64,000 bases of DNA from the IMG/VR virus record IMGVR_UViG_3300037851_000431, positions 41,737 through 105,736 of that record; one strand, written 5' to 3'. The notes under the pieces were generated by a model that was not told the DNA's origin, made no database searches, and saw only the letters and a list, made by a program, of their open reading frames with translations. The translations under genes and the position numbers were made by a program. This DNA comes from a virus. Of this stretch, positions 1-9,243 are shown one piece after another. Each line of letters starts with the position of its first letter. Position 1 is the stretch's first letter.

Positions 1-2
1 TT

Positions 3-371
3 GAATCTTTGAAGAAAGAGAATGACGATCTTAAGGAAAAGCTTACAACCACAAACGCAGAACTAGCCAAATTAAATGAGGAAGCCTTGGCGGCAACAAG
101 AGAAAAGAAGTATCTTGAAGCAGGATTTTCTCTAGAGTCAGATGCAGAGAAGGCAGCTAAAAAGCGGGCATTCTGGATTTCACTTTCAGAGGAAGCCTTT
201 GAAGAATATATTGCTGATTTGAAAGCAGCAAAGGGCGCAACCAAAGCAGCGGAAGCCTCAACAACTAAAAAGCCTGAATTACCAAAGTTAGCGGTTGCAT
301 CAGGAGATACACAGATAGAATATACAGTAGATAGCCTTAAGGCGGAATTACGGAACGCCGCTAGAGAATAA
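3..371 (+). CDS. C-terminal part of capsid scaffolding (or protease-scaffold) protein, 5'-partial
   Basis: Frame is open from the window start. Charged, Ala/Glu/Lys-rich coiled coil lying immediately upstream of the decoration and capsid genes. Confidence 0.6.
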   Translation, partial: ESLKKENDDLKEKLTTTNAELAKLNEEALAATREKKYLEAGFSLESDAEKAAKKRAFWISLSEEAFEEYIADLKAAKGATKAAEASTTKKPELPKLAVASGDTQIEYTVDSLKAELRNAARE

Positions 372-397
372 GGTAAATAAGGAGGTAAGAGGATAAC

Positions 398-1051
398 ATG
401 GCGGATTTTTACACACAGAATCCCGTTAAGCCGTTGTTCATCGTCAATAAATATGACGATATTGACGGTGGTAGGGTTGCGCAGGAAACTCCAAGAGGAA
501 GATTTGCTTTCCGAGATGCGGCAACAAATAAGTTGACGCTTCCTAGAACATTAACAGAAGCAAAGTTAGCGGTCTATCCTGTTGATTGGGCAAAACCTCT
601 CAATCCCGGCCCATATTTCTTGAATGGAAATGGACTTAACGGTACAACACTTTATCCATTTAATGACGGAAGTTTGAACGAGCAGGAAAATGATTTCTCG
701 CTTGATCCAGACCTACTTTTTTCAACACCCTGGCCAGCGGCAGTTGGACCAACATATGAAATTCCACCGGCTCTTTATAACCAGCCGATTCCTTCAGGAG
801 CAATGTGCTTAGTTTATGATGGTGAAGCCACCTTCACATTCGGATCAGGTGCTTATGTAGGACAGAAGGAAGACTATTCTTACGGCAGTAAAGTATATGT
901 TGACTATACCACAGGAAACGAAGGTAAGTTAACTGTATCTGGTGCAGTCGCAGGAAATACAGTTGTTGGAGTTGTTGTTAACAAGTTGCTATTTGGCGAC
1001 CCCGGTAACGACACAATCACAGTCAAGATCAAGGGCACACCAGCTCTATAG
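398..1051 (+). CDS. Putative capsid decoration/cement protein
   Basis: Lies between scaffold and MCP with a strong SD. Gly-rich beta C-terminus (GSKVYVDYTTGNEGKLT...VVGVV). Confidence 0.55.
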   Translation: MADFYTQNPVKPLFIVNKYDDIDGGRVAQETPRGRFAFRDAATNKLTLPRTLTEAKLAVYPVDWAKPLNPGPYFLNGNGLNGTTLYPFNDGSLNEQENDFSLDPDLLFSTPWPAAVGPTYEIPPALYNQPIPSGAMCLVYDGEATFTFGSGAYVGQKEDYSYGSKVYVDYTTGNEGKLTVSGAVAGNTVVGVVVNKLLFGDPGNDTITVKIKGTPAL

Positions 1052-1069
1052 GAAGGAGGGAATTGACGA

Positions 1070-2074
1070 ATGAAGGAGCTTACTAAAGAGCAGAGATTAG
1101 CCCTTGCAGAATTGGCTAAAACAGATAGACGAGCATTTGCTGAAGTTATTACTGAGTATGTTGATCCAGTGTTTCTAACACTAGATATCGCAGGAGCATT
1201 TATGGGTACTCGGGAAATGAAATTCGGTGATATACTTGTTAAAAGATTTAAGGGTAAGTACCATGTCCAGCAGATCGTACCCGGTCAGATCACATTAGGT
1301 GAACAGATCGTTGTACGAGACAAGGCAATGAGTATTAACCTTGATATCCTTTCTGCAAAGGCAGCTTATAATACACTAGAATTAGAACATGGTGGACCAG
1401 CATTTAGACCAGAAGTAGTACGAAGTGATGTTCGAAAGGCATTAGAAGAAAGAATTCTTATGCGCACATGGAATGCACTAGGAAATATCTGGACAGCAGG
1501 AAATGCATCCGCATTGACTTTAACAGGTTCAGCATCTTCGAATTTCATTGATGCCTCAGGCGCACTTACGGAATCAGTACTTGATACCGCAATTGACCAT
1601 ACAAATTTCTGGTCAGGAAGCGTAAAGGCAATCATTGGAACAGAACAGGCACTAGCGCCACTTTCTACATTTGGACAGTATAAGCTAGTACAGCAGACAT
1701 TAACAGGCCCAGCATATACTGGACACCTTCTAAAGAAAGAGGGGCAGGAAGGTATGTGGGATAACCGTTCTCCATATGGAGATGGCCCAAAGCCTGTTGA
1801 ATCATATCGAGGCGTAAATAATATCATTAGAATCAAGCAGATTTTTGATGAGACAGAATATCCTCCAAAGCCACTTCTACCGACAGACTTTGTGCTGGTA
1901 GTGGGAGATAACATCGGAGAATTCATTACTTACGGTGGACCTCAGACCAAGGAATTTATTGATAACGAGCCAACTCCTCCATACTGGAACTTCGAAGTTT
2001 GGGTACAGTTTGGTATGATGATCTGGAATGCCCGTGGGCTAACCAAGATCAAGGTTACATCAACAACACCATAA
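1070..2074 (+). CDS. Major capsid protein (HK97-fold)
   Basis: 334 aa, AGGAGG SD, typical position, C-terminal FGMMIWNARGLTKIKV pattern, followed by a terminator. Confidence 0.8.
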   Translation: MKELTKEQRLALAELAKTDRRAFAEVITEYVDPVFLTLDIAGAFMGTREMKFGDILVKRFKGKYHVQQIVPGQITLGEQIVVRDKAMSINLDILSAKAAYNTLELEHGGPAFRPEVVRSDVRKALEERILMRTWNALGNIWTAGNASALTLTGSASSNFIDASGALTESVLDTAIDHTNFWSGSVKAIIGTEQALAPLSTFGQYKLVQQTLTGPAYTGHLLKKEGQEGMWDNRSPYGDGPKPVESYRGVNNIIRIKQIFDETEYPPKPLLPTDFVLVVGDNIGEFITYGGPQTKEFIDNEPTPPYWNFEVWVQFGMMIWNARGLTKIKVTSTTP

Positions 2075-2115
2075 TATTCGCCCATAGGTAACTATGGTTG
2101 AGTGTTAGTAATAAG

Positions 2116-2160
2116 GGGCCATCGGTCATATCACAATGGCCGGTGGCCCACTTATTTTAT
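2116..2160 (+). terminator. Rho-independent terminator after MCP
   Basis: 14-bp stem GGGCCATCGGTCAT/ATGGCCGGTGGCCC (with GU pairs) followed by a T-rich tail. Confidence 0.7.
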
Positions 2161-2188
2161 TAGGAAAAGGAACAGGAGGATTATTACA

Positions 2189-2614
2189 ATGGAACAAGAG
2201 GAAATAGTATTTTATCAGAAAACAACAAAATATCCTATAGGTGTAAAAGAAAGTCTTAAGGATGTTCGGGGAACAGTACTTAATGAAGAACAACCCTATG
2301 TAGGAGTTAAAAAGTCTTTATTAAGAGATTTTGTTCTTGCAAATCGATATGCTATTAGTAACGGGTTACTTATGGAAATTCCTGAACCCCCCTTAGAGAT
2401 TATAACTCCTAATGCATATACCGACGATGAGCTTAAGGTATTACTTAAAAATTATATACAGTTAAAGAAAAAATTACCGGAAATAACTTCTGATTCTTTG
2501 CTATATAGAATGCTAGGTATCGCAAAAGAAGAGAATCGTCCACCTAAAACAATTCAATTAATCCAAGATCGTTTGGAAGAAATATCGCCTGTTGTTATGA
2601 GGGGTGTGGAATAA
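2189..2614 (+). CDS. Hypothetical head-module protein
   Basis: AGGAGG SD before ATG 2189, which is a better start than the ORF-track start at 2102. Confidence 0.6.
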   Translation: MEQEEIVFYQKTTKYPIGVKESLKDVRGTVLNEEQPYVGVKKSLLRDFVLANRYAISNGLLMEIPEPPLEIITPNAYTDDELKVLLKNYIQLKKKLPEITSDSLLYRMLGIAKEENRPPKTIQLIQDRLEEISPVVMRGVE

Positions 2615-2615
2615 A

Positions 2616-3074
2616 ATGAATTTACTCGATCTAGTCCCGACGTTTAAACGTCATATAGGAGTTTACTTAGCTGAAGAGGACACTGATTCAAGGCTTACGG
2701 GTTATTTAGCGGACGGGATCGAGGCTTTATCCTTTCGATGGTCACGAACCTATGTAGTAACACAGGTCGGTCCAGAGTCTTTTTCAGTAACACCTGATAT
2801 AGCATCTAAAGATAAAAGACCCATTATATTAATGTCGTCCATAATCTACAAATTAGCATCCTTGCAACTAGCAAGTTTTACAGATCAGGATTTCTCCTAT
2901 GATCCACAGCAGGGTAGACAGAATCCAATTCAATTAGATATTGAAGAGTTGGCCAGATTTCTTCCTATCTATAGACTAGCGAAACCAGCTACCGCACCTA
3001 TGCGTGGATTTAATAATGTATATAATCCTGAATCGTATCAGTATATGGATTGGTTAAATACAATTTGGCCATAA
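2616..3074 (+). CDS. Head-tail adaptor/connector protein
   Basis: About 150 aa, helical N-terminus, syntenic position after the capsid. Confidence 0.55.
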   Translation: MNLLDLVPTFKRHIGVYLAEEDTDSRLTGYLADGIEALSFRWSRTYVVTQVGPESFSVTPDIASKDKRPIILMSSIIYKLASLQLASFTDQDFSYDPQQGRQNPIQLDIEELARFLPIYRLAKPATAPMRGFNNVYNPESYQYMDWLNTIWP

Positions 3075-3088
3075 TAAAGAGGTAAGGA

Positions 3089-3757
3089 ATGGAAAGGAAT
3101 GATACCGTAGTACTTGTAGCTACCTATTTTGGAAACAGTATGACTACTCAATGTATTGGTAGCATACTTAATACTGTTACCCAGCCAAAAATTCTTACAT
3201 ATAAAAATGATGAGGGTTGGGTAAAAGCGTGCAATCGCATGATAGATTTAGTACCAAATGCAGATGTTATTCTGTTAAATGATGACACATATCTTTTAAC
3301 TGATATTGTAAAAGAAATGTCGGAAGTTGCTTACTCTGACTCTACAATAGGTATTGTGGGAGCAAAAGCACTATCAGCAGCAGATAAAGTGACCATTATT
3401 AATTATGGAATTTATGTAGCACCTGATGGTAATACAGCACACAGATATTACGGAAAAAGGGATGAGGAAGTAGATGAAGTTATAACCCAACAGGCTGTGG
3501 AAGGCAGTTGTATGTTTATCAAACGAAAGCTTATCGATAAGATGGGAGTTTTCGATGAGGGCTTTGGAATGGGTTATAGAGCCGAGGTAGACTACTGTTT
3601 TAATGCTAGACTATCAGGCTATAAAGTAGTATCAGCACCCAATGCAAAATACCTACACTTTACTTCTCAAACTGCGGGAAGATTAGGCATTCAAAACGAT
3701 ACTCACGAATATTTCATGAAGCGATGGGCTACACCGTTAGCTCTAGGGAAAGTATAA
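3089..3757 (+). CDS. Glycosyltransferase, GT2 family (GT-A fold)
   Basis: Motifs VILLNDDT, IGIVGAK, GSCMFIKR and FDEGFGMGYRAEVDYC. Confidence 0.9.
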   Translation: MERNDTVVLVATYFGNSMTTQCIGSILNTVTQPKILTYKNDEGWVKACNRMIDLVPNADVILLNDDTYLLTDIVKEMSEVAYSDSTIGIVGAKALSAADKVTIINYGIYVAPDGNTAHRYYGKRDEEVDEVITQQAVEGSCMFIKRKLIDKMGVFDEGFGMGYRAEVDYCFNARLSGYKVVSAPNAKYLHFTSQTAGRLGIQNDTHEYFMKRWATPLALGKV

Positions 3758-3769
3758 GGAGAAGGAAAA

Positions 3770-4750
3770 ATGGCACAAAGAGCAGTAGGCGAAATGGCCA
3801 TATTTTATGGAGATAAACCAAATAATGGGATGTACGATAATGGTGTTTGGATGCACCTACTTGACATTCCTTATTTACAGAAAATAGAGGAAGCTTCGCT
3901 ATATAAAGTTATTATCAGAACTTTATGGTTAGAGGCTATTGGATGGTCGAGAGAAATACGAAACAGGTATCCCGATGTTATTCAAATCGGGTTATCCGAT
4001 CATCCTCTTTCTACACATATAAGCAAATTACCCGCTAATAAACAGCATGATTACATCTCTGATTTACAATATTTAGATGGAATAATGGCTCTCACTGAAG
4101 AGGAACGCCAATGGTATCAAATTGCTGCACCATCAAAACCTGTAATACATGCTGGCCTTCCGTTTCCTTTCGAATCATATGAGGAGAAATATGGAAAGTT
4201 TAGATCAAATGAAAAACAATGGATAGGTCTAGGTGTCGGGGCATCTGATAATGACCGAAATTTTGTGAGTAATGTTTTAGCATTTCGTTACTTAAAATTG
4301 AATAATCCAGATTTAAAAGGTGTATTTCTATCGATTCCTCACCAGCTTATTATGCAAACATCATATTGGGCTGACCAGATTGAGGGCATTTATATCCATG
4401 AAAGGACAAAAATGGATGAATACTTGGAGATTCTTTCTAATTGCAAGTTTGTTCTCAATCTTGCTGACAGAAATACACCGGGTCGAATTCAGGGGGAAGC
4501 CGCGTTTTTAAATGTGCCCGTCATAGGCTCAAACCGACTGGAATTACAGCGGGAGTTGTTTCCCGATTTGGCTGTTATGCCATATGAATTAGAAAAGGTA
4601 GTAGAGTTAGGTCAATACCTACTTGATAAGCCTGACGAGGCCACGCGGCTAGGAAAGCAAGCGCACGAATCCCTAAAGAATTACGATTATGAACATAGTA
4701 AGATGCGGTTTAATCAACTACTAGAGGAAATTAAAAAGAGGCGATCTTAA
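3770..4750 (+). CDS. Glycosyltransferase, GT-B fold
   Basis: C-terminal EYLEILSNCKFVLN...GRIQGEAAFLNVPVIG and a closing helix typical of GT-B enzymes. Confidence 0.75.
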   Translation: MAQRAVGEMAIFYGDKPNNGMYDNGVWMHLLDIPYLQKIEEASLYKVIIRTLWLEAIGWSREIRNRYPDVIQIGLSDHPLSTHISKLPANKQHDYISDLQYLDGIMALTEEERQWYQIAAPSKPVIHAGLPFPFESYEEKYGKFRSNEKQWIGLGVGASDNDRNFVSNVLAFRYLKLNNPDLKGVFLSIPHQLIMQTSYWADQIEGIYIHERTKMDEYLEILSNCKFVLNLADRNTPGRIQGEAAFLNVPVIGSNRLELQRELFPDLAVMPYELEKVVELGQYLLDKPDEATRLGKQAHESLKNYDYEHSKMRFNQLLEEIKKRRS

Positions 4751-5226
4751 TGCCGGAAATTATCCAAGTAAATAGAGCATGGATTAAACGCCAGATTGAT
4801 TCTGCGCGACAAAGTATTGGAAGGTACGTAACATTTTATGTTCCTACTAGAACAGCTTGTTCTCTTTGTCTTGCTAGTGGTTGGTATGACACACAAAATG
4901 ATACAACCTATTATACAACATGCCCTATATGCCAAGGTGGTTATTGGATAACGGGTTATGATGAGCATGAGATTTTAGGAAGAATACATTGGGTATCTGA
5001 TGAAGCTATAACAGCAACTCCGGGGGGAAAATACTACATCGGAGAAGCAACTGTTACCATAGAGAATAAGTATCTTTCTATAGCACAGGCAGCACAAACC
5101 GACAAGGGTAAAGTTATAGTAGATAATCATGAGATGACTATAACGAAAATAATCCCTTATGGTGCGCCAGAAATAACAAGGTATAGGGTTATATTAAGAA
5201 ACGCAGGAGAAAAACCTAGCACATAA
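4750..5226 (+). CDS. Head closure/neck protein with Zn finger
   Basis: CSLC...CPICQGG insert in a beta-rich stopper-like protein; synteny. Confidence 0.55.
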   Translation: MPEIIQVNRAWIKRQIDSARQSIGRYVTFYVPTRTACSLCLASGWYDTQNDTTYYTTCPICQGGYWITGYDEHEILGRIHWVSDEAITATPGGKYYIGEATVTIENKYLSIAQAAQTDKGKVIVDNHEMTITKIIPYGAPEITRYRVILRNAGEKPST

Positions 5227-5240
5227 AGGAGTGGAAAGGA

Positions 5241-5519
5241 ATGGATAAAATTTTATTTAGTCCTAATGTGGTTGTATGCCCTCATTGTGAGAAAGAATTT
5301 ACGTATAATAAAGTCAATGGGATTGCGCTAATAGAAGCTGCACAAAATATTGAATCTAGAAAACGTATGTATCTTAGATTAACTTTAGACAATCTTGAAA
5401 GACTATCGCGTGAGAATAAGATGGAATTTGCGGCAGTTAAAAAGACTGTCTTGGATAATATAAATGATTTAGTTAGAGATATACACACGATATTGGGGTT
5501 TGGTAGCGAGGCTGAGTAA
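5241..5519 (+). CDS. Small Zn-ribbon-like hypothetical protein
   Basis: CPHC motif, SD present. Confidence 0.5.
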   Translation: MDKILFSPNVVVCPHCEKEFTYNKVNGIALIEAAQNIESRKRMYLRLTLDNLERLSRENKMEFAAVKKTVLDNINDLVRDIHTILGFGSEAE

Positions 5520-5520
5520 T

Positions 5521-6354
5521 ATGCCGTTTAGATTACAGGTAGATACTAGTGAAGTAGATCGAATGACGGGGAGTTTTCCCCAATATTTAAATGCTGAAAT
5601 GACTCGACTCCGAGGAGCAGCGAGTGTCATTGCTAAAGAAGCTTTGATGGATTCTTTTATGGAAGCTGCTACAGGTCAAGAAGGGTTTTACCCGCAATAT
5701 ATTGAGCATGTATTAACAGTTTTAAGTATGACACCTATTAGAATTGGGATTTCGCCATCAGGCTTTATTCTAGAATTTACTTGGAATTTACTTGGTAATA
5801 GGGAGGAGTTACAAAGAGGATTCCACCAAGGAGCTAAACTTAGAAGTGGTGGGCATCATCCTGTAGGAGTACCGTGGATGGGATCAGAAAATAATCTTAA
5901 AAATCCTCAATATACTAGGTATAAAGCATGGTTAGCTATTGCTACAGGAGAACCGTGGGAGACTCAGAAAACAAATAAGAAGGGTGTAACTAAATCATAC
6001 ACATGGCCGGGTGAGGATGTAAATCTAGATGAAGCATTAGAAGAAACTATTAATGCAAGAGTTTCTATATGGGGCAATCGTGCGCCGGAATGGCATTTAC
6101 TAGATGAGGGTACCACATGGTATCCTCCTGTTACACCTACAGCCTTTACTGAAGATTCATATCTTGAAGTTGCTAAAAGACTAACACCCTTATTTCATGA
6201 TGCTGTTAATTATGCTCAATACCGAGCAGCAGAAGTAGCTACTTATGGAAAAGCCCGCAAAACAGAAGGACAGTCCCTACATGATTTTCAAGTTGAAATA
6301 TCTTATCTACGCAATAGAAATAGGGGGCAATTTGCTCCCGGTTATATAGGATAG
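5521..6354 (+). CDS. Putative neck/tail completion protein
   Basis: Lies between head closure and tail terminator; ATG 5521 follows the upstream stop. Confidence 0.45.
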   Translation: MPFRLQVDTSEVDRMTGSFPQYLNAEMTRLRGAASVIAKEALMDSFMEAATGQEGFYPQYIEHVLTVLSMTPIRIGISPSGFILEFTWNLLGNREELQRGFHQGAKLRSGGHHPVGVPWMGSENNLKNPQYTRYKAWLAIATGEPWETQKTNKKGVTKSYTWPGEDVNLDEALEETINARVSIWGNRAPEWHLLDEGTTWYPPVTPTAFTEDSYLEVAKRLTPLFHDAVNYAQYRAAEVATYGKARKTEGQSLHDFQVEISYLRNRNRGQFAPGYIG

Positions 6355-6364
6355 GGAGTAAATT

Positions 6365-6820
6365 ATGGCAAGAAAAACGTATGAAATAACAGCCTTTCGT
6401 GCAGCATTAAACACTTATTTATCTGCGCGCGGTTGGACAGGGATAAACTATAAAGAAAGATTTCCTACTGAATCTCAGATAGTTGTTCCTACTGTAGCCA
6501 TAACATTTACCCAACCTTCAAGAGCTTCGGCGTTACAGTTAGGATCAACGGGGGAAAAAACCTTTCGTAGAATAATACAAGTAGATTGTTTCATGGAAAA
6601 TAATGAACGAGCAGAGGGCATATCTGATGACATTATGGATTTTATGGATTTAGAAGCCGTATTAATTGTTGATAAAATGTCAGATGCTACTATAGGTACA
6701 TTAATTTGTTTTGATACAGATTCAATATATGCAGATGTTGTGCCCCCGGATTTAGAGATTGAGAAGGTTAATAGATGGCGGGCAATAGTTAGAGGTAACT
6801 ATGAAGCCCATTATTTCTAG
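6365..6820 (+). CDS. Tail terminator protein
   Basis: 151 aa with PTVAIT...IQVDCF pattern, directly upstream of the tail tube gene. Confidence 0.65.
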   Translation: MARKTYEITAFRAALNTYLSARGWTGINYKERFPTESQIVVPTVAITFTQPSRASALQLGSTGEKTFRRIIQVDCFMENNERAEGISDDIMDFMDLEAVLIVDKMSDATIGTLICFDTDSIYADVVPPDLEIEKVNRWRAIVRGNYEAHYF

Positions 6821-6906
6821 ATTATCGACACACAGCAGGGCGATAATTATAGATCAAGGTAAGGTGAAATCGAGCGAATCTATTATTTAAGGAGGATTTG
6901 ATTTAA

Positions 6907-8094
6907 ATGGCAAAGAGAGTTAGGGTTCACTCAAGAGATTTGCAGCCGCAAATCGTAGCACCCCGAGGAATGTTCGCTGCTGCTAGAGTTCAGAGATTTG
7001 ATTGGCCTACGTCATTACCAACAACAGCAATTGATGAAATTGGACGAAAGCTACATGTGGGAACAACGACAGAAATTCCCGAAGTTACTGTTACAATAGA
7101 AGCATTTAATGTTAATCATAACATTGATGCCTATATGACAGGATATACACCGGGAACATTTCCAACCGTTTCGGGTGTTTCCATTACAGACCTTAAGGGA
7201 ATTGATGTTGTAGGTCAAATTAGAGATGCTACAACAGCAGCTATAGTAAATGCACTTTATGTTAAGAGAGGTATCGTTTCAGGAATGGACGCCACGTTTG
7301 GTGTGCGAGATAACTCTTCAGTAACATATACAATTACAGCCTCATCTAAAAAGGAATTTAAAAATCCTGTATTTAGTGACGGTTTCACTGTCTCAGGCGC
7401 ACAGACAAATCTTTATTTAACATACACACCAACATATCTACCACTTACTTCAGGTTATATAATTAATGCTGGTAGAGTTACGGCAGCAGGAGCGCAAACA
7501 TACCTCGATGAAGGAACAGACTATACTGTAACAGGTACGAATGTTCAACTATTAGCTGATGGTACTACAGGAGATTATGTTTGGTTTACGTATTGTTCCG
7601 CACAATCTGCTACATTCCAGCCATTGGATGATGTATCAGCAGCAGCAATTCAGGGTAAATATGTTCCAGTGGCTATTTCAGTTAACAATATCCCAAGAGC
7701 GCAGAGTGCTTCAATTCGGGCTTCAATGGAAGTTGAAAGAATCTTCGAATTGGGTGGATTAGGAAAGCCCGTAGGAACAGAAATTGGTATTCCAAGTGTT
7801 ACAGGTGATCTTAGTGTACTAAAGACTGATAACGAGTTACTTAATATTCTAACAGGACAGTCCTCAACAGCAGATGAAGCTGACTTGGAGTATCAGGCTA
7901 ACAATCTATCGTTAAAGATTCAGTTGAAAGACCCGGCGAATCCAACAAAAGTTGTTAAAACATATTATGTACCATCAATTACGATCACACAAGAAAATGA
8001 TGAATCAACTGTTAACCAGTCAATGAATGAGACATTCTCATGGGAATCAAAGACCGGAGAATTGTTCATTGCGTCTGGTGCTGGTCCTTGGTAA
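6907..8094 (+). CDS. Major tail (tube) protein with inserted Ig-like domain
   Basis: Thr/Ser-rich beta protein, EGTDYTV insert, strong SD, followed by a terminator and the chaperone/TMP genes. Confidence 0.75.
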   Translation: MAKRVRVHSRDLQPQIVAPRGMFAAARVQRFDWPTSLPTTAIDEIGRKLHVGTTTEIPEVTVTIEAFNVNHNIDAYMTGYTPGTFPTVSGVSITDLKGIDVVGQIRDATTAAIVNALYVKRGIVSGMDATFGVRDNSSVTYTITASSKKEFKNPVFSDGFTVSGAQTNLYLTYTPTYLPLTSGYIINAGRVTAAGAQTYLDEGTDYTVTGTNVQLLADGTTGDYVWFTYCSAQSATFQPLDDVSAAAIQGKYVPVAISVNNIPRAQSASIRASMEVERIFELGGLGKPVGTEIGIPSVTGDLSVLKTDNELLNILTGQSSTADEADLEYQANNLSLKIQLKDPANPTKVVKTYYVPSITITQENDESTVNQSMNETFSWESKTGELFIASGAGPW

Positions 8095-8150
8095 ATCATT
8101 TAACTGATAATACAATATCGGGTATTTATAAGAATTAACTTATAAAACAC

Positions 8151-8199
8151 AGGGATTAAGCTCGTCAAATCGGCGGGCTTAATCCCTTTTATTTTTATT
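8151..8199 (+). terminator. Rho-independent terminator
   Basis: 16-bp stem AGGGATTAAGCTCGTC/GGCGGGCTTAATCCCT followed by TTTATTTTTATT. Confidence 0.85.
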
Positions 8200-8212
8200 A
8201 GGAGGAAAGGTA

Positions 8213-8950
8213 ATGGGCAAGTTAGCAAGTCTTCTTCGATGGAAGAGGAAGGTAGAGTTAAAGGACGAACACAATAATCCTATATTAGATGAAAATGGTA
8301 GTCCTGTTATAGTATGGGTAAGGCTTCTTGGTGATTTTGATCTACAGGAAGCTTATAAAAGATCAAGAGTAGAGTCCAGTAAAATGCGAGAGTTACTTAG
8401 AACGCCTGAATCACCTGAATATAAGGATCAGGTTGAACCTCTTTTTGAAGCAGATGAGGAACAATGCAAGGAAATTATACGTGCAGCCAAGGGTGCTAAC
8501 TGGACAGCAGATGCGTACTCCGTGGTTGAAAGACCCAATCTAATTGAAATGAGTGAGATAGCAATTGATCCTGATGCTCCAACACTTGAAGAACAAGAAA
8601 AATTAGATAAACAAAATGAAGAGTTAGATGTTAAATATAAAAAAGATGTTGAAGATTATATAGATACAAAATCGAAAGAGTTGGAAGCAGAATTAAGTGT
8701 ATTAAACTTGGAAGAATTAAGAGAAAAAGCTAAATTTGAAGTTTCAAATGTTATGCCGCTCTCAACTTTTGTAGTATCTTTAAATGATGAAAAAGTTTGG
8801 CGTTCAGTATATGTAGATGAGGGTTGTAAAGAAAGGGGTTTTTCAAATATTGGGGAATTTAGAGAAGCCTCTCCCATTATTAGAGAGCAACTTATTAAAG
8901 CATATATAAATTTGGAAAGCGGTGTTAGTGTAGAAGAATTAAAAAACTAG
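8213..8950 (+). CDS. Tail assembly chaperone (gpG-like)
   Basis: Acidic protein between tail tube and TMP; ends in the slippery sequence TTA AAA AAC TAG. Confidence 0.75.
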   Translation: MGKLASLLRWKRKVELKDEHNNPILDENGSPVIVWVRLLGDFDLQEAYKRSRVESSKMRELLRTPESPEYKDQVEPLFEADEEQCKEIIRAAKGANWTADAYSVVERPNLIEMSEIAIDPDAPTLEEQEKLDKQNEELDVKYKKDVEDYIDTKSKELEAELSVLNLEELREKAKFEVSNVMPLSTFVVSLNDEKVWRSVYVDEGCKERGFSNIGEFREASPIIREQLIKAYINLESGVSVEELKN

Positions 8951-9240
8951 CAGAGGGTAACGCTTTCGGTATGGCTGTAGCTATTTCCAAGCAATTAGGT
9001 ATTCCTATTATGGAAGGATTACCTAATTCAACAGAAGAGTTACCCAATATCATTACATATATGATTTTACATAGGGCAAAAATTGATTCATTTAATGAGT
9101 TACCAAAAGAAAAGCGCCCACCCCGCGATCTTTGGGATAAACCCTATAAACTAGAAGAATTTTTTGAGGAAATATTTAAAGTTGATGACAAACCAAAGGG
9201 AAAATCCTACATAGAATATAATTATAAGGAAGTGGAATAA
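8941..9240 (+). CDS. Tail assembly chaperone -1 frameshift extension (gpGT-like)
   Basis: A AAA AAC heptamer at 8941-8947. The -1 frame is open through the ATG at 8971 to the TAA at 9240. Confidence 0.75.
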   Translation, partial: KKLAEGNAFGMAVAISKQLGIPIMEGLPNSTEELPNIITYMILHRAKIDSFNELPKEKRPPRDLWDKPYKLEEFFEEIFKVDDKPKGKSYIEYNYKEVE

Positions 9241-9243
9241 ACC

